Assembly: GCF_009914755.1 (NCBI RefSeq)
Contig: NC_060940.1
Source: the human T2T-CHM13v2.0 reference genome, Homo sapiens
Strand: one strand, 5' to 3'
DNA: 64,000 nucleotides
Shown here: piece by piece, positions 1-12,576 of the stretch
Numbering within the stretch: the stretch's first letter is position 1
Layout of the letters: the number at the start of each line of letters is the position of its first letter
The notes under the pieces: model-generated
Database searches by the model: none
Seen by the model: only the letters and a program-made list of their open reading frames with translations
What the model was told of the DNA's origin: nothing
Position numbers and translations under genes: made by a program

Positions 1-1549
1 CCTTCTCACACACAAAATACATTCATTCTATCCCAGTAGGCCCAAAAGTTTTAATTCATTCCAGCATCAACTGAAAAGTCCAAAGTCCAACATCTCATCT
101 AAATGTCATCTAAATCATATATGAGACCCAAAATGTGATTCATCAGAAGGCAAATTCCCCTCCAGCTATAAGCTGTAAAACCAAAGAAATTACGTGCTTC
201 CGAAATACAATGGTGGGGCAGACATAGGATAGACAGTTCCATTGCAAAAGGAAGAAATAGAAAGGAAGATAGGAGTGACAGGTTCCGAGCAAGCCAAAAC
301 AGTGGAGCAAATTCCATTACACATTAACACTCAAGAATAATCCTATTTGGCTTGATTCTCTGTTTTCCAGGCCCTCTAGGATGGGGGTCTCACCCCTGGA
401 ACCCACTGGTGTTGTGTTCCTGCCCCCAAAGATTTCCCAGACAAAGTTTGGACCCCCAAGGCTCTGGGCAGCCCCACCCTGAGGGTGGCTCTGTGCATGG
501 ACTCTCCCCTAGTGGTTCTCTACCTGGGCGTCGTGGCTCCCTAGGGCTGGGGTCCCAAGCCAGAGGCTCCACTTAGCACACCTACACCATACTGGAGCCT
601 GTCAGAGTCACATCTGGGGTGGCCAAGGAGCATGGCACCAGTGTGGGGAGTGGAGCCCATGATGTGAGGCAGTGCCAGGTAGGGTGTGCCAAGGTCAGGC
701 AGGTACTGGTGGCTTCCATTTTGAAACTGTTCTGCCCCTGGTGCCCTTACACTCTGGGTCTGTGATGGGAAGTGGTGGGGGTGGGGTGGCAGTTGATTAT
801 TTTTGCATTGCTTTTGGGCTCATTCTTCCATTGTCGTGAACAATAGCTTGTGGATTCTGTTGAGATGGCTGATCCATACTAATCTTATCAAATGGTCATT
901 TGGCCACACCCTTAGAGTTCTTGTCTGACTACACATTTTCATTTTAAATAATACAGATAGGCTGAAAATTTTCCAAATTTTCAAGTTCTGATTTCCTTTT
1001 TATTAATTATTCCATTTTAAAATCATTTTTTACTTCTTGCATTTTACTATAAGCAGTCAAGAGAAGCCAGGCCATGCTTCTGACACTTTGCTTAGGAATT
1101 TCTTCAGCCAAATACTCTATTTCATTGCTCACAAGTTCTACCTTCCACAAAACACTAGGACACAAATACAATTCAGCCAAGCTCTTTGCCACTTTATAAC
1201 AAGAATGGTCTTTTCTCCATTATCCAATAATGGAGAAACATCTTATTGATGTTCCTCATTTCCATCTGAGGTCTCATGAGAATAGTCCTTACTGTCTCCA
1301 TTTCTACCGATATTATATATAGGGTTACTTACATATTCTCCAAGAAGATTGAGATATCCCCTAAAGCTCTCCTTTTTCTTTTCTAAGCCTTCACCAGAAT
1401 TTCCCTTAATGGCCCATTCATAGCAATGTAACCTTTTTGTAGGATGCATCTTAAAACTCTTCCAGCCTGTACCCATTATCCAGTTCCAGATCCAATTCCA
1501 CAATCTTAGGTATTGGTTACATAAGCACCCCACTCCCAGTACCAATCTC
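1..1549 (-). mobile_element. MaLR (MLT1A-type) internal region, running off the window start
   Basis: The minus strand starts AGAGATTGGTACTGGGAGTGGGGTGCT directly after the LTR, as in MST/MLT1/THE1 internal consensus. ORF 1007-1192 (LAELYLCPSVLWKVEL...YLAEEIPKQ) resembles the decayed MaLR gag-like ORF. Confidence 0.85.
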
Positions 1550-1914
1550 TGTCATTTTATGTTTGGGCAGCCATAACAAAATATCATAAACCGGGTGGCT
1601 TATAAATAACACAAACTTATTTCTCACAGTTCTGGAGACTGCAAAATCCAAGATCAAGGGGCCAGAAGATTTGGTGGCTGGTGAGGGCCCTCTTCCTGGT
1701 TCATAGACAACATCTTCTCACTGCATCCTTACATGGTGGAAGGAAAAAGGGAGCTCTCTCAAGCCTCTTTTCTGTGGGCACTAACCTCATTCATGAGGGC
1801 TCTGACCTCATGACCTAATCACCTTCCAAAGGCCTGACCTCCAAATACCATCATACTGGTCATTAGGACTTCACGTATAAATTCTGGAGGGACACAAACA
1901 TTCAATCCACAGGA
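1550..1914 (-). mobile_element. MLT1A/MLT1A0 LTR (5' LTR of the MaLR provirus)
   Basis: Typical MLT1A minus-strand motifs: CCATAACAAAATATCATAAACCGGGTGGCTTA, TTTCTCACAGTTCTGGAG, CATTCATGAGGGC, GGAGGGACACAAACATTCAA. Confidence 0.88.
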
Positions 1915-2328
1915 TAGGGTCTCAGAAAAAAGTTCTGAACCTCACTGGGTTCCCCCTGCCACCTGCCATGGTGGCACTCTGCTGCTAGCCATGTTAGCAC
2001 ACCTTTGGATGACTCTCAAGTGAAATGTCCTTCTGGGATGCCCCAGTTTTCTCTATGTAGTGCCCCTTCTACACCCTTCACTCCCACCTACTGATCTGTG
2101 AAACTTGGTTTGCTCATTGGATATCATGTTTCCAGGCAGCCCTGCAAGTTTTGACAATCCATTGCCACTCTCTCCTCTCTACCCCACGATCCTCACATTC
2201 TCAACCAGTCCACATGTCCCTATGCTAGTTGCCCTTTCCAAAGTTAACATTTCCAAATGGCAAGATAAGTTCAGAGTTATTTAAAAAAAAATACATGCAC
2301 TTGAAACATACCATGAAAATGTTGGGCT

Positions 2329-2438
2329 TTCTCTTTTTCTTTTTCTCTTTCTTCTTTCTTTCTTTTTCTTTTCTTTTTCTTTCTTTCTTTTTCTTTTCTT
2401 TCCATTCTTTCTTTTTCTTTCTTTTCTTTCTTTCTTCT
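2329..2438. repeat. Degenerate (TTTC)n / CT-rich simple repeat
   Basis: About 110 bp of almost pure T/C. Confidence 0.95.
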
Positions 2439-2867
2439 TAAATCTCATCCTTATCCTCCCTGCAGATGTAGTGAGCTCCAGCAGCCTCCTATTTATTGTT
2501 TTTCCCAGGGAAGCCAATTTCAGTTCAGTTCCCACTGTTTCATAACACAAGAGCTCAACTTACACACTTCCAAACAGAGGGATGGGTACTCAGTTTTGTT
2601 TTCTTCTTCCCCCAAGAAAATGCCTCAATCTCAGTTTCAGGCTTAAACAGACTTAACAGCCATAAGCTTTATAAGCTCTGGCATGCCATAAATAGTCCTT
2701 TTCATCAGAATCTGCAAATCACAATTCTACGGTAAAAACAAGAGCTACTCAGATAGCTGCCCACAGCACTGAGCATGGTGCCCTGCATTTAGTGGCATTT
2801 AATAAAGATTTGTTGATGGACTGATTGACCCAGGTCTTCCATATCAGGTGTAGCCTGAGTTTCTTAG

Positions 2868-3186
<319 letters not shown>

Positions 3187-3479
3187 TAAAGTAAGATTTA
3201 AAACAAACTCTTTATGCACCAACCCCTCAATTCTCATAATCCTTGACCCCAGAATCTTAGAACCTACTTATAATGCATGAGTTTCAAAGCCCCTATGGGG
3301 ACCAGAGGGCAAAAGGAAAGGAAAGGCAATCTAGTAAAAGCCTCTACACTATCTGGACCATGGCACAGTGATAAGTGGTGTCCTCATAACAGCCTGGAGG
3401 AACTAAGAAAGCCTGAGGGGCCCTCTGGATCTTAAGAAAAAAGCAAACCAGGAATTTCATTATGACATTTGAAGGTTTT

Positions 3480-4088
<609 letters not shown>

Positions 4089-4813
4089 CTACCCAGAATA
4101 TTCAATAATCAGAACATCCTACTCTCCCAACATGCCAAGTAGATTGGAGCTCACAGTACAAATGAAAGCACTGAAGGGAGAAGAAACAAAGTGGGAATCT
4201 GTAATTAGTGGATTTAATCAGGATTATAAGACACCAGCAGTGCTAAAATAAAATCATATGATAAATTTTTTAAATGAAATTATGACTTTGGAAACAGGTA
4301 TCCCGTAGGAGCTATTCCAAAATTGCAAGAGGGAGGAGAGGAAGCTGAATTGCTACATGCTTATTTTAGTCATCAGACTTTAGTACGAAAAAGAAGTGGG
4401 AGGGGTAAACAAATACAACTAAGAAAGTAATTAAGGCCTTGGAAACAGCTGTTGATAAAAACACAGGTAAGGGAATTTTTAGAAAAATTATGTGTAACAA
4501 ATCAGCAGGTGGAATAAAATGGATCCCTAGGCAGTGAAGAAACTTGTTTAAAAAAAAAAAAGCTTGCTGAATCATGAACAAATCACGAAAGTATAGTAAT
4601 AACAGGAAATTTTGCATTAAGTCTTACAGGGAGCTTGGGAGACGGAGGCATTTTGGGCAGCTCAGTTGCTTCCAGGTAAAGAGGCACAGCGAGATGACAA
4701 AGGTAGCAGTGCAGGGAGCGCCCCTTGCTCGACCCCCCTCAGTGGTTGGGCATCATATTTAGAGGATGGATTATGGTCAGAATTAGAATGACCAAGACTA
4801 TAAAAAGAATCAA

Positions 4814-5112
4814 GGTGGGGCATGGTGGCTCACGCCTGTAAACCCAGCACTTTGAGAGGCTGAGGCAGGCAGATCACTTGAGGTCAGGAGTTTGAGACCA
4901 GCCTGGCCAACATGGTGAAACCCCATCTCTACTAAAAATACAGAAATTGGCAAGGCGTGGTGGCAAGCGCCTGTAATCCTAGCTACTCAGGAGGCTGAAG
5001 CAGGAGAATTGCTTGAACCCGGGAGGCGGAGGTTGCAGTGAGCCAGGATCATGCCACTGCACTCCGGCCTGGGCAACAGGGCGAGATTCCGTCTCAAAAA
5101 AAAAAAAAAAAG
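4814..5112 (+). mobile_element. AluSx/Sz
   Basis: Full dimer with poly(A); approximate TSD AAAAGAATCAA / AAAAGAAATCAA. Confidence 0.95.
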
Positions 5113-5299
5113 AAAAGAAATCAATTCTGCAAGTGTTCTTTATGCTCTTCTTATGTCCGAGGCAACAAGCCAAGTGGGAGATACAAAGATGATCAAGACT
5201 GGTTCTGGATCTTAGGAAACATTGGGACCATGAAGACAACAGCTTTAACAGTAACCCAGGGAAAAGGCCATGAATGCTGGGACATAATTTGCCCTGAGA

Positions 5300-7230
5300 G
5301 TATGAAGAAAGGCTTCCTGTGGGAGGCAGCATTTGAGCTGACCTTGAAGGGATAGAAAAAAAAAATAGGAAAAGTGTTTCAGGCAGGAAAATGGCATTCA
5401 TCCATCCAAGTATCCATCCAATTAACAAATAGTTATTGGGCACTTACTTTCTGTTAGACACTGTGCTAGTAGCTGACAAGAGACTTTCCAGTAAAAAGAG
5501 ATAAAGTCCCTGCCCTTGGGGAACTACATGGGAGGCAGATGTTAACCAAAGTGTCAAACCTTCAGATGTAACTTGCATCTAGCCAATGCCATGAGGGGCG
5601 CTCTGAGTTTCTGTCCAAGGCTCTGACAGCAACACCTAGCCCAATAAAAAATTCAAAGTGGGCCCTTGCTGAGGATAGCAGAATGAGATCCGAAGGAAGA
5701 GTCAAAAACATCCACGCTGAAAGAGGAGACCGCAGCATTCCCAAAATGGGGAGCAACATGCTTTAAAGCGAGAAACAAGAGTGAGAGTAAGGGTCTGAAA
5801 CAGGTCCAGAGGCTGGTGTGTGGCAAGTGGGAAATAGTGCATGAGAAACAGGGCCACAGGGGCAGGTGGGGTCTTGAGGGTCTTGGTGAGAAGCCACCAT
5901 CATTTATTCTAAGACCAATGGATAGTATGGGAAATATTTTTATTGGTGTCCTTGTGTGGAGAAGACATAGGAGGTGGTAAGATGAGAGTTTTATCTTAGA
6001 AAGATGATCTAGCTGAAGTGTGGAGACTAGATGAGGGCCAGAGTGGATGAACCTGACTGGCAGGAGATAGGGTGGAGGTCAGGACTGGGAGGACAGCAGG
6101 GGGAATGGGGAGAAATGATGCCAAGAGATATCTGGAGTAGGTCAACCAGACTAGAAGGTAGATTTGGGGACTTTGGTAAGGAAAAGGGAAGAGTTAAGGA
6201 TATTTCTGGCATTCAGGACCACATAGATGGTGGTGCCAATCCCTAGGTAAGGAAAGGAGCTATTATGATAGAGAGAGATGCACTGTGCGAAGACAGATGT
6301 GTGAAAATCTGGCTAATATTGTGTCCTCCCCAGTAGACTACAAGTTCCTTGAGGGCAGGGACAGGGACCCTGTTTCTTTTTGCTCAAAATTGTGACCTTG
6401 GCAAGTAATACAATGTCTGACAAATAGCAAGTGCTCAGTAACTGCTTGTTAATTGAATGGATGTTGGATGAATGATTCTGGTTTTGGACATGTAGTTTGA
6501 GGTGTTTTAAGGCATCCAAGAGGAAATGTGAGGTAAAAAGCTAGATATATGAGCTGCAGCTCAGGGGAGAGTCAGGCTGGGAGGTACAGATGCGCGATGG
6601 GCCAAGGACAGCAGAAAGAGGGAGAAGCTCAACAGGCTCTGGAATCAGCCTTGAGGAATTCTAGCACGTCAGATCCAGGAGTGGAGTGAAAGAGCGTAAA
6701 GAAGAAAGAGAAACAGCAGCCCAAGTCAGAGGGAGTGTTTCAAGGAGAGAGTGGTCAACGGTGTCAACTGCAAGTAAGATGAGAACTGAAGAATGTCCTT
6801 TGGGCTTAGCAACACTGAGGTCATCAGTGACCTTTGTGGGAGCTGTTTTTTGTGGAGCGATGGGGTTGAAGCCAGATTGGAGGCGGTGAGGAGTGGGAGG
6901 TGATGAAACACTGACAGGGAGTAGACTCAAGCCTTAGGAGGAGAGAGGTGGGGCAGATGTTGAGCAAAGGCAGGAGTACGCCAGGCACATTTGAGCAATA
7001 AGAACAGGCTAGCGTGGCTAGAACAGAGAGGTTCTTACACATTTTTTCCTGTCCCAACATCCCCTGATGGACAGACACTCCAGGTCATTAATGGACATCA
7101 GAGTATGAGGAGGAGTTGATTTCACTGGAGCGATGAGCTTGATTTTTGGAGATGTTCATTTTGCAGGGGGCTTGTGGAGCAGGCAAGGGTAGAGAGATGT
7201 CTGCAGGGTAGCTGGAAATACAGGTCTGGG
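5300..7230 (-). mobile_element. L2 LINE fragments (3' end to RT region), interrupted
   Basis: L2 3' tail ATTCATCCATCC...AACAAATAGTTATTGGGCACTTAC at 5397. ORF 6661-6930 reads LQSGFNP...TAPTKVTDDL...GHSSVLILL.AVDTVDHSLLETL, typical of L2/CR1-clade RT. Confidence 0.8.
6320..6475 (+). mobile_element. L2 3' end nested in the opposite-strand L2
   Basis: CCCCAGTAGACTACAAGTTCCTTGAGGGCAGGGAC...GTGCTCAGTAACTGCTTGTTAATTGAATG. Confidence 0.75.
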
Positions 7231-7231
7231 G

Positions 7232-7569
7232 TGGCATCTGCAAACTATAGCCACGAGCCAAATACAGCCTGCCACCTGTTTTTGTATGGCTGGCCCACCA
7301 GCTAAGAATGGCTTTTACATTTTTAAATGGTTGGGAAAAATCAAAAGAAGAATAATACTTGGTGACATGTAAATCGTATATGAAATTTGAATTTCAGTGT
7401 CCATAAATAAAGTTTTATTGGAACACAGCCACACTCATTCATTTCCATATTGTCTATAGCTGCTTTTGCACTACTACAGCAGTTGAAGAGTTGGGACAGA
7501 GACCATTGGCCTGCACAGCCTAAAATATTTACTATCTGGCTCTGCACAGTAAAAGTTTGCCAATCCTTG
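7232..7569. mobile_element. MER58B (hAT-Charlie MITE)
   Basis: GCAAACTATAGCCAC...AAATAAAGTTTTATTGGAACACAGCCAC...AAAATATTTACTATCTGGC...AAAGTTTGCCAATCC; 8-bp TSD GTCTGGGG / GTCTAGGG. Confidence 0.88.
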
Positions 7570-7977
7570 GTCTAGGGCATAGAACAGCAACACCAGAGCA
7601 ACTTCCTGTCCGTCTACATTTCAGAAAAGAATTAAGTTAAAAGGACCAGACCACACTGCACATTAAGAAACACAGGTGGCTGGCCGTTTGTGGGGTGTGA
7701 AGGTATTGGCAATGGCCTGATCCTTCTGGATCTGTGATGGACGTCTGCTATCCCTCAACGTGTCCCCCTCTTGCTGATGTCATGAACAAGCCCCCCACAA
7801 GGCTCAGTGTAAAGGGTACATCTTCAAAGAAACATTTCCCTCCTTCCTTAAGTGGGTTCTCTGCTGTCTTAAACAAAGCTTCTTTCCCTTCTCCTTATGG
7901 CACTTGTCACCATGGTAATTAAATAATTATTTGTAGAATTCTTGGTTTAATGCCTGTCTCGCCCACTGGACTGAGAA

Positions 7978-8225
7978 GCACTATGGTAATGACTTAAGAC
8001 AGCAGGCTCTAAAAACCGGCTGCTTGATTCTATCCTGGCTCTGGTTACACTGGCTGGGTAACCGTGGCTTACTTACCCTCTCCTGGTCTCAGTTTCCTCA
8101 TCAGTAAAATGTAGACAGTGAGATTCTGTACCTTTCGGGGTTGTGAGGATTAAATGAGATAATAGAGGCAAAGTGCTCAGGGTAGTGCCTGCAATAGATT
8201 AAGTGCTCAGTAAGTGTGTCACCAT
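7978..8225 (+). mobile_element. MIR (near full length)
   Basis: Core CTCAGTTTCCTCATCAGTAAAATG and GGGTTGTGAGGATTAAATGAGATAAT. Confidence 0.85.
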
Positions 8226-8609
8226 CAGCAGCCATTTGGATGGGGGGAGCATGGGAAAGGAGTGGGAGAAAACAAGGATGAAACCTGCATTTCATGGCAG
8301 CTGACAGATCGTGATGCCATTTCCCGAGTCAGGGAACATGAGAAGAGGAGTGGGCTTGGGGGACTTGCCACATCCAAGGTGCCTGGAGACACCCAAGTGT
8401 CAATGCAAGGTAGACAGGTGGGAATGGAGCTCAGAGGGTTGTTGGGTGCAGTAGAGGATTGTAGGTGTGTGAAGATGGCTTGAAATCACTGAGGGGGAAA
8501 CATAAGATTGTTGGGCTGTGTTTTTGGCATAGGTAAAAATGCTCTAGCATTTGTCATAAGTGCTGTGTGATTATATGTCCATACCTTAATGAACATAAGC
8601 TATTATGAT

Positions 8610-8745
8610 GTTATGTTCCTTGGGAACTGGAACTAGCTTGTCCTGTTGACTGCTGGATCCCCAGTACCAGTACTTCAGGCACAGCAGCTAGCATATAATA
8701 GATGCTCAATAAATATTTATCAAAGAATAAGTAAAGGAATGAAGG
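8610..8745 (+). mobile_element. L2 3' end
   Basis: GATGCTCAATAAATATTTATCAAAGAATAAG tail. Confidence 0.65.
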
Positions 8746-8849
8746 AAAAGAGAGACACTACATATTAACTTGATAACCAGGTTGGAGATTACTGCAAATG
8801 TTGTGACTCACCCTGGACCATCATCAGCAATCCCCACACATGACGACAG

Positions 8850-9050
8850 CTTCCTACTTCAAACACCTGTGTCTTCCTGCTTGAGGAATCCTCTGGTGAC
8901 AGGAGCAGGCTGACCAATGCCTGGGGCAAACTGGAAGTGCTGGGGAGTTAATATCTCAGAAGGAGCAAATCTCATCCACTAAGGGATGGCCCTTGGTGGA
9001 AAATAGCCAGTGCTCTCAGCCCTCAGTTGGATGTTCTGTGAGCCATGCTC
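8850..9050. mobile_element. LTR16-family (ERVL) LTR fragment
   Basis: GGGCAAACTGGAAGTGCTGGGGAGTTAAT and TGGTGGAAAATAGCCAG...CCCTCAGTTGG resemble LTR16. Confidence 0.6.
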
Positions 9051-9769
9051 TTGCCAAGGAATTGGCTCACATGTGTCCCCACTGGATCCATGATCACCAC
9101 ACAGCATCCAGAATTCAGGATCACAGGAGGGTGAAAGCTATGGTGAAGTAGTCAAAGGGACTCCTAAACATCTGAACCACAGGTCCTCAAAACAAGATGA
9201 AAATGAGGCAATCAGCATTTGGGGCTTCTGCTAGGACCACAGTCATCTGACCCTTCATGTCTGGACCCCACAGCTTCCTGGAAGCAGGCTGGCAGCTGAC
9301 CAAGCACTGATGAAGGTGTGGGACAGCTCTATAATGAAGGCTCTGGTCATCATGAACAAATGACATCAGAGTCAGTCTCCTTATCCGGCCAAAAGGAGGT
9401 AATTACCTATGTGCTTGCCTCAGAGGTCAGAAGAGAGTAGAAGAGACAGTGCTTTTTAAGGTCAGAAATCTGAACACACAGCGGGGAGAATGTTACCAAA
9501 GCACCCTTGGGTTCAATTTCCCCAAAAGCCTGCAGGTGGACAAATCCAAGTTGCTTCCTGGGTTTGCCACTTCCCCTGCCTCAACCTGTCCCACCTGAGA
9601 AGCACTGAGGAAGTAGAGACTGCACAGGTACCACTGTTACCCCTGCCCCCACCAAGAATCTTCTTTCTTGTGTAGTTTTAGTAGTGAAGGGAACAAAACC
9701 ATAAAAGGAAGGAGCCAGTAAATGTGCACATATCCTGCATCAGCAGTTGGCCCTTTTCACATTCCTCTT

Positions 9770-10388
<619 letters not shown>

Positions 10389-11319
10389 TAGTCTAACCCA
10401 GCTCTTGTGATTCCTTCCTTGATTCAACCCAACTTCTCCCTACCCTAACTCTGAACATACTCTCACTGTTTCTAGAGGGGCAACTGGGAAGCCCAGACAT
10501 TCAGATCATTCAGACCGCAGGGAGGTGAAACAGGGTGAGGAGGGGAAAATGAAACTTGCAAAGATGCAGAGAGAATAGGATGCAGCCATGGAAACCACAA
10601 GGGGAGGCATGGCCTGTTTGGTTCCTTTCCTAATCACACAGAAATATATGTGTGTCAACATTATCTTTCACTGAAGACACTAGAAATTGTCAGTGCCAGT
10701 GCCTGGTACATTATAGGCATTCAAATTATGTAATGAATGAATCAACATGCTCATCCCTCCTTCCTTCTCCCTGTTCAACTTTTGAGCTATGAAATCTTCC
10801 TGGGTTTGATAATCATCTCCCACATCCTTTGCTCCTATCTTTCTCTATCCAATGTATTTCACTCCTGTTAGCATATTGGCCCAGCTGACCCTGGGCTTTC
10901 TGTTGGATTGCTGAGCCATTCATGACCTGTAGTTAGAATAAATTCAGAGACCACACAATCACCAGTTACTCCTGAGGACAGACAACCACATGGCAGTGAC
11001 TGGAGTCACCATACACTTGGCCCTCTGTGCACCGGTTATGATGGTTTCTCGATACAAAGATTAAGTCTTTGGCCTTGGAGCTGACAGACAAGACCTTATA
11101 GGTATGACAGTCTATTTCCAAAGGAAGAGGTCCAGTCTCTCCAGGGCTTTGGTTCTTCAAAAAAAATCCTGTCCCAATGTCATGTTCTGTCCTAGAACAT
11201 CAGCAAAACATCAGAGGTGGGCAGACCCATGAGACTTCTCTAATTCTGTTTTGTGCTCAGTGCATAGTTTAAAAAAGGACAAGTAGAGAAGTTTGTAAAG
11301 TGGCTCCTAGAATTCTGCA

Positions 11320-12251
11320 TCTGGCCATGATGGAACCACTGGTATCAACTGGTTCTGCTATTACAAATGTTTATGATGCTAAACAAAATGTATGAAACAA
11401 CTATTAATGCTTTCAGACATTGTCAACACACATCACAGGTTTGTGATGCTTGTGAAAATATAAACAATTGAGGTGAAACCCTGGATTTCTGCCTATAACC
11501 CAGAACACAGGAGGAACCCAATCAGATAGGAACCTTCCTGAGATGAAGAGACAAGGATCAAAGTTAAGGGAGGTTGAGGTGGCTGGAATTTGAGGGATAC
11601 GGTACCAAAGAAGAAGTAGCTATAAGGAGAAAGAGCTCCAGACATCCTTGTTGGGTGCCCTAAGTATTTGTCTAAATATTAAGCTGCATATTTGTAGGAT
11701 AGGGCTCCAAAAGATCACACAGAGAACAATTATCAGAAAAAGAACAATTCCCAGTAAGCTGTAAACTGAACAACTATGAGAATTTACACATGGTCCAGGG
11801 CGTGGTGGCCCACACCTGTAATCCCAGTGACTCCAGAGGCTGAGGTGGGAAGATCAATAACTTAACATTCACAATGTTCTGCATGAAAAGAACCAGGAAA
11901 ATGTAAGCTCTAACAGAAAAATCAGTCTTTGCAAGCAGATCAGGAATGACAGAGATGTTGGAATTGGCAGACAAGGAATTGAAAACAGCTATAATAGTCT
12001 CAAGGAGCTAAAGGAAAACATGAACCAAATGAGAAGAGAAATGGAAACTACTTTTAAAAATCCAAATAGAACTTCTAGAGCTCAAAATACAACATCTGCA
12101 ATAAAAAATTAACTGGATAGGACTAAGATCAGATTAGATAGTGCAGAAGAAAAGATCAGTGAACTTGAAGACAGGGCAGTAAAAACTATTCAGTCTGATA
12201 CACATGGGGGGAAAAGGCTGAATAAACGAAGAAAGACTAAGAGGACATGGC
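11320..12251 (+). mobile_element. Old L1M (L1ME/L1MC-type) 5'UTR and ORF1 remnant
   Basis: ORF1 coiled-coil-type sequence GACAGAGATGTTGGAATTGGCAGACAAGGA...GCAGAAGAAAAGATCAGTGAACTTGAAGACAG. Confidence 0.75.
11792..11856 (+). mobile_element. Truncated Alu/FLAM 5' fragment
   Basis: GGCGTGGTGGCCCACACCTGTAATCCCAG...GAGGCTGAGGTGGGAAGATCA, ending abruptly. Confidence 0.75.
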
Positions 12252-12576
12252 TGTATTAGTCATAGTTCTGCAGAGGAGAATATACATATACATATGAATG
12301 TATTAGGGAGAACTGACTCACATGATTACAAAGGCAAAGTCCCATGGTAGGCTGTCTGCAGGCTGGAGAATGAGAAAACCTAGCTGCGTGGCTCAGTCCA
12401 AGTCTGAAAGCCTCAAAATTAGGAAAGCTAACAGTGCAGTCTGCAGCATGAGGCCCTGGGCCTGAGAATCCTAGGGGAGCCACTGGTGCAAGTCCCAGAG
12501 TCCAAAGGCCAAAGATCCTGGAGTCTGATGCCCAAGGGCAGGAGAAGAAAAGGCATTCCACTCTGGAAGAGAGAGA
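12252..12576 (-). mobile_element. MLT2B-type LTR (3' LTR of HERV-L, 5'-truncated)
   Basis: Begins TGTATTAGTCATAGTTCTGCAGAGG on the plus strand; contains GTCCAAGTCTGAAAGCCTCAAAA and CCACTGGTGCAAGTCCCAGAGTCCAAAGG. Confidence 0.85.

Noticed and set aside
2229-2550. Phe/Ser-rich and Lys/Arg-rich ORFs
   Set aside because: Translations of the (TTTC)n simple repeat.
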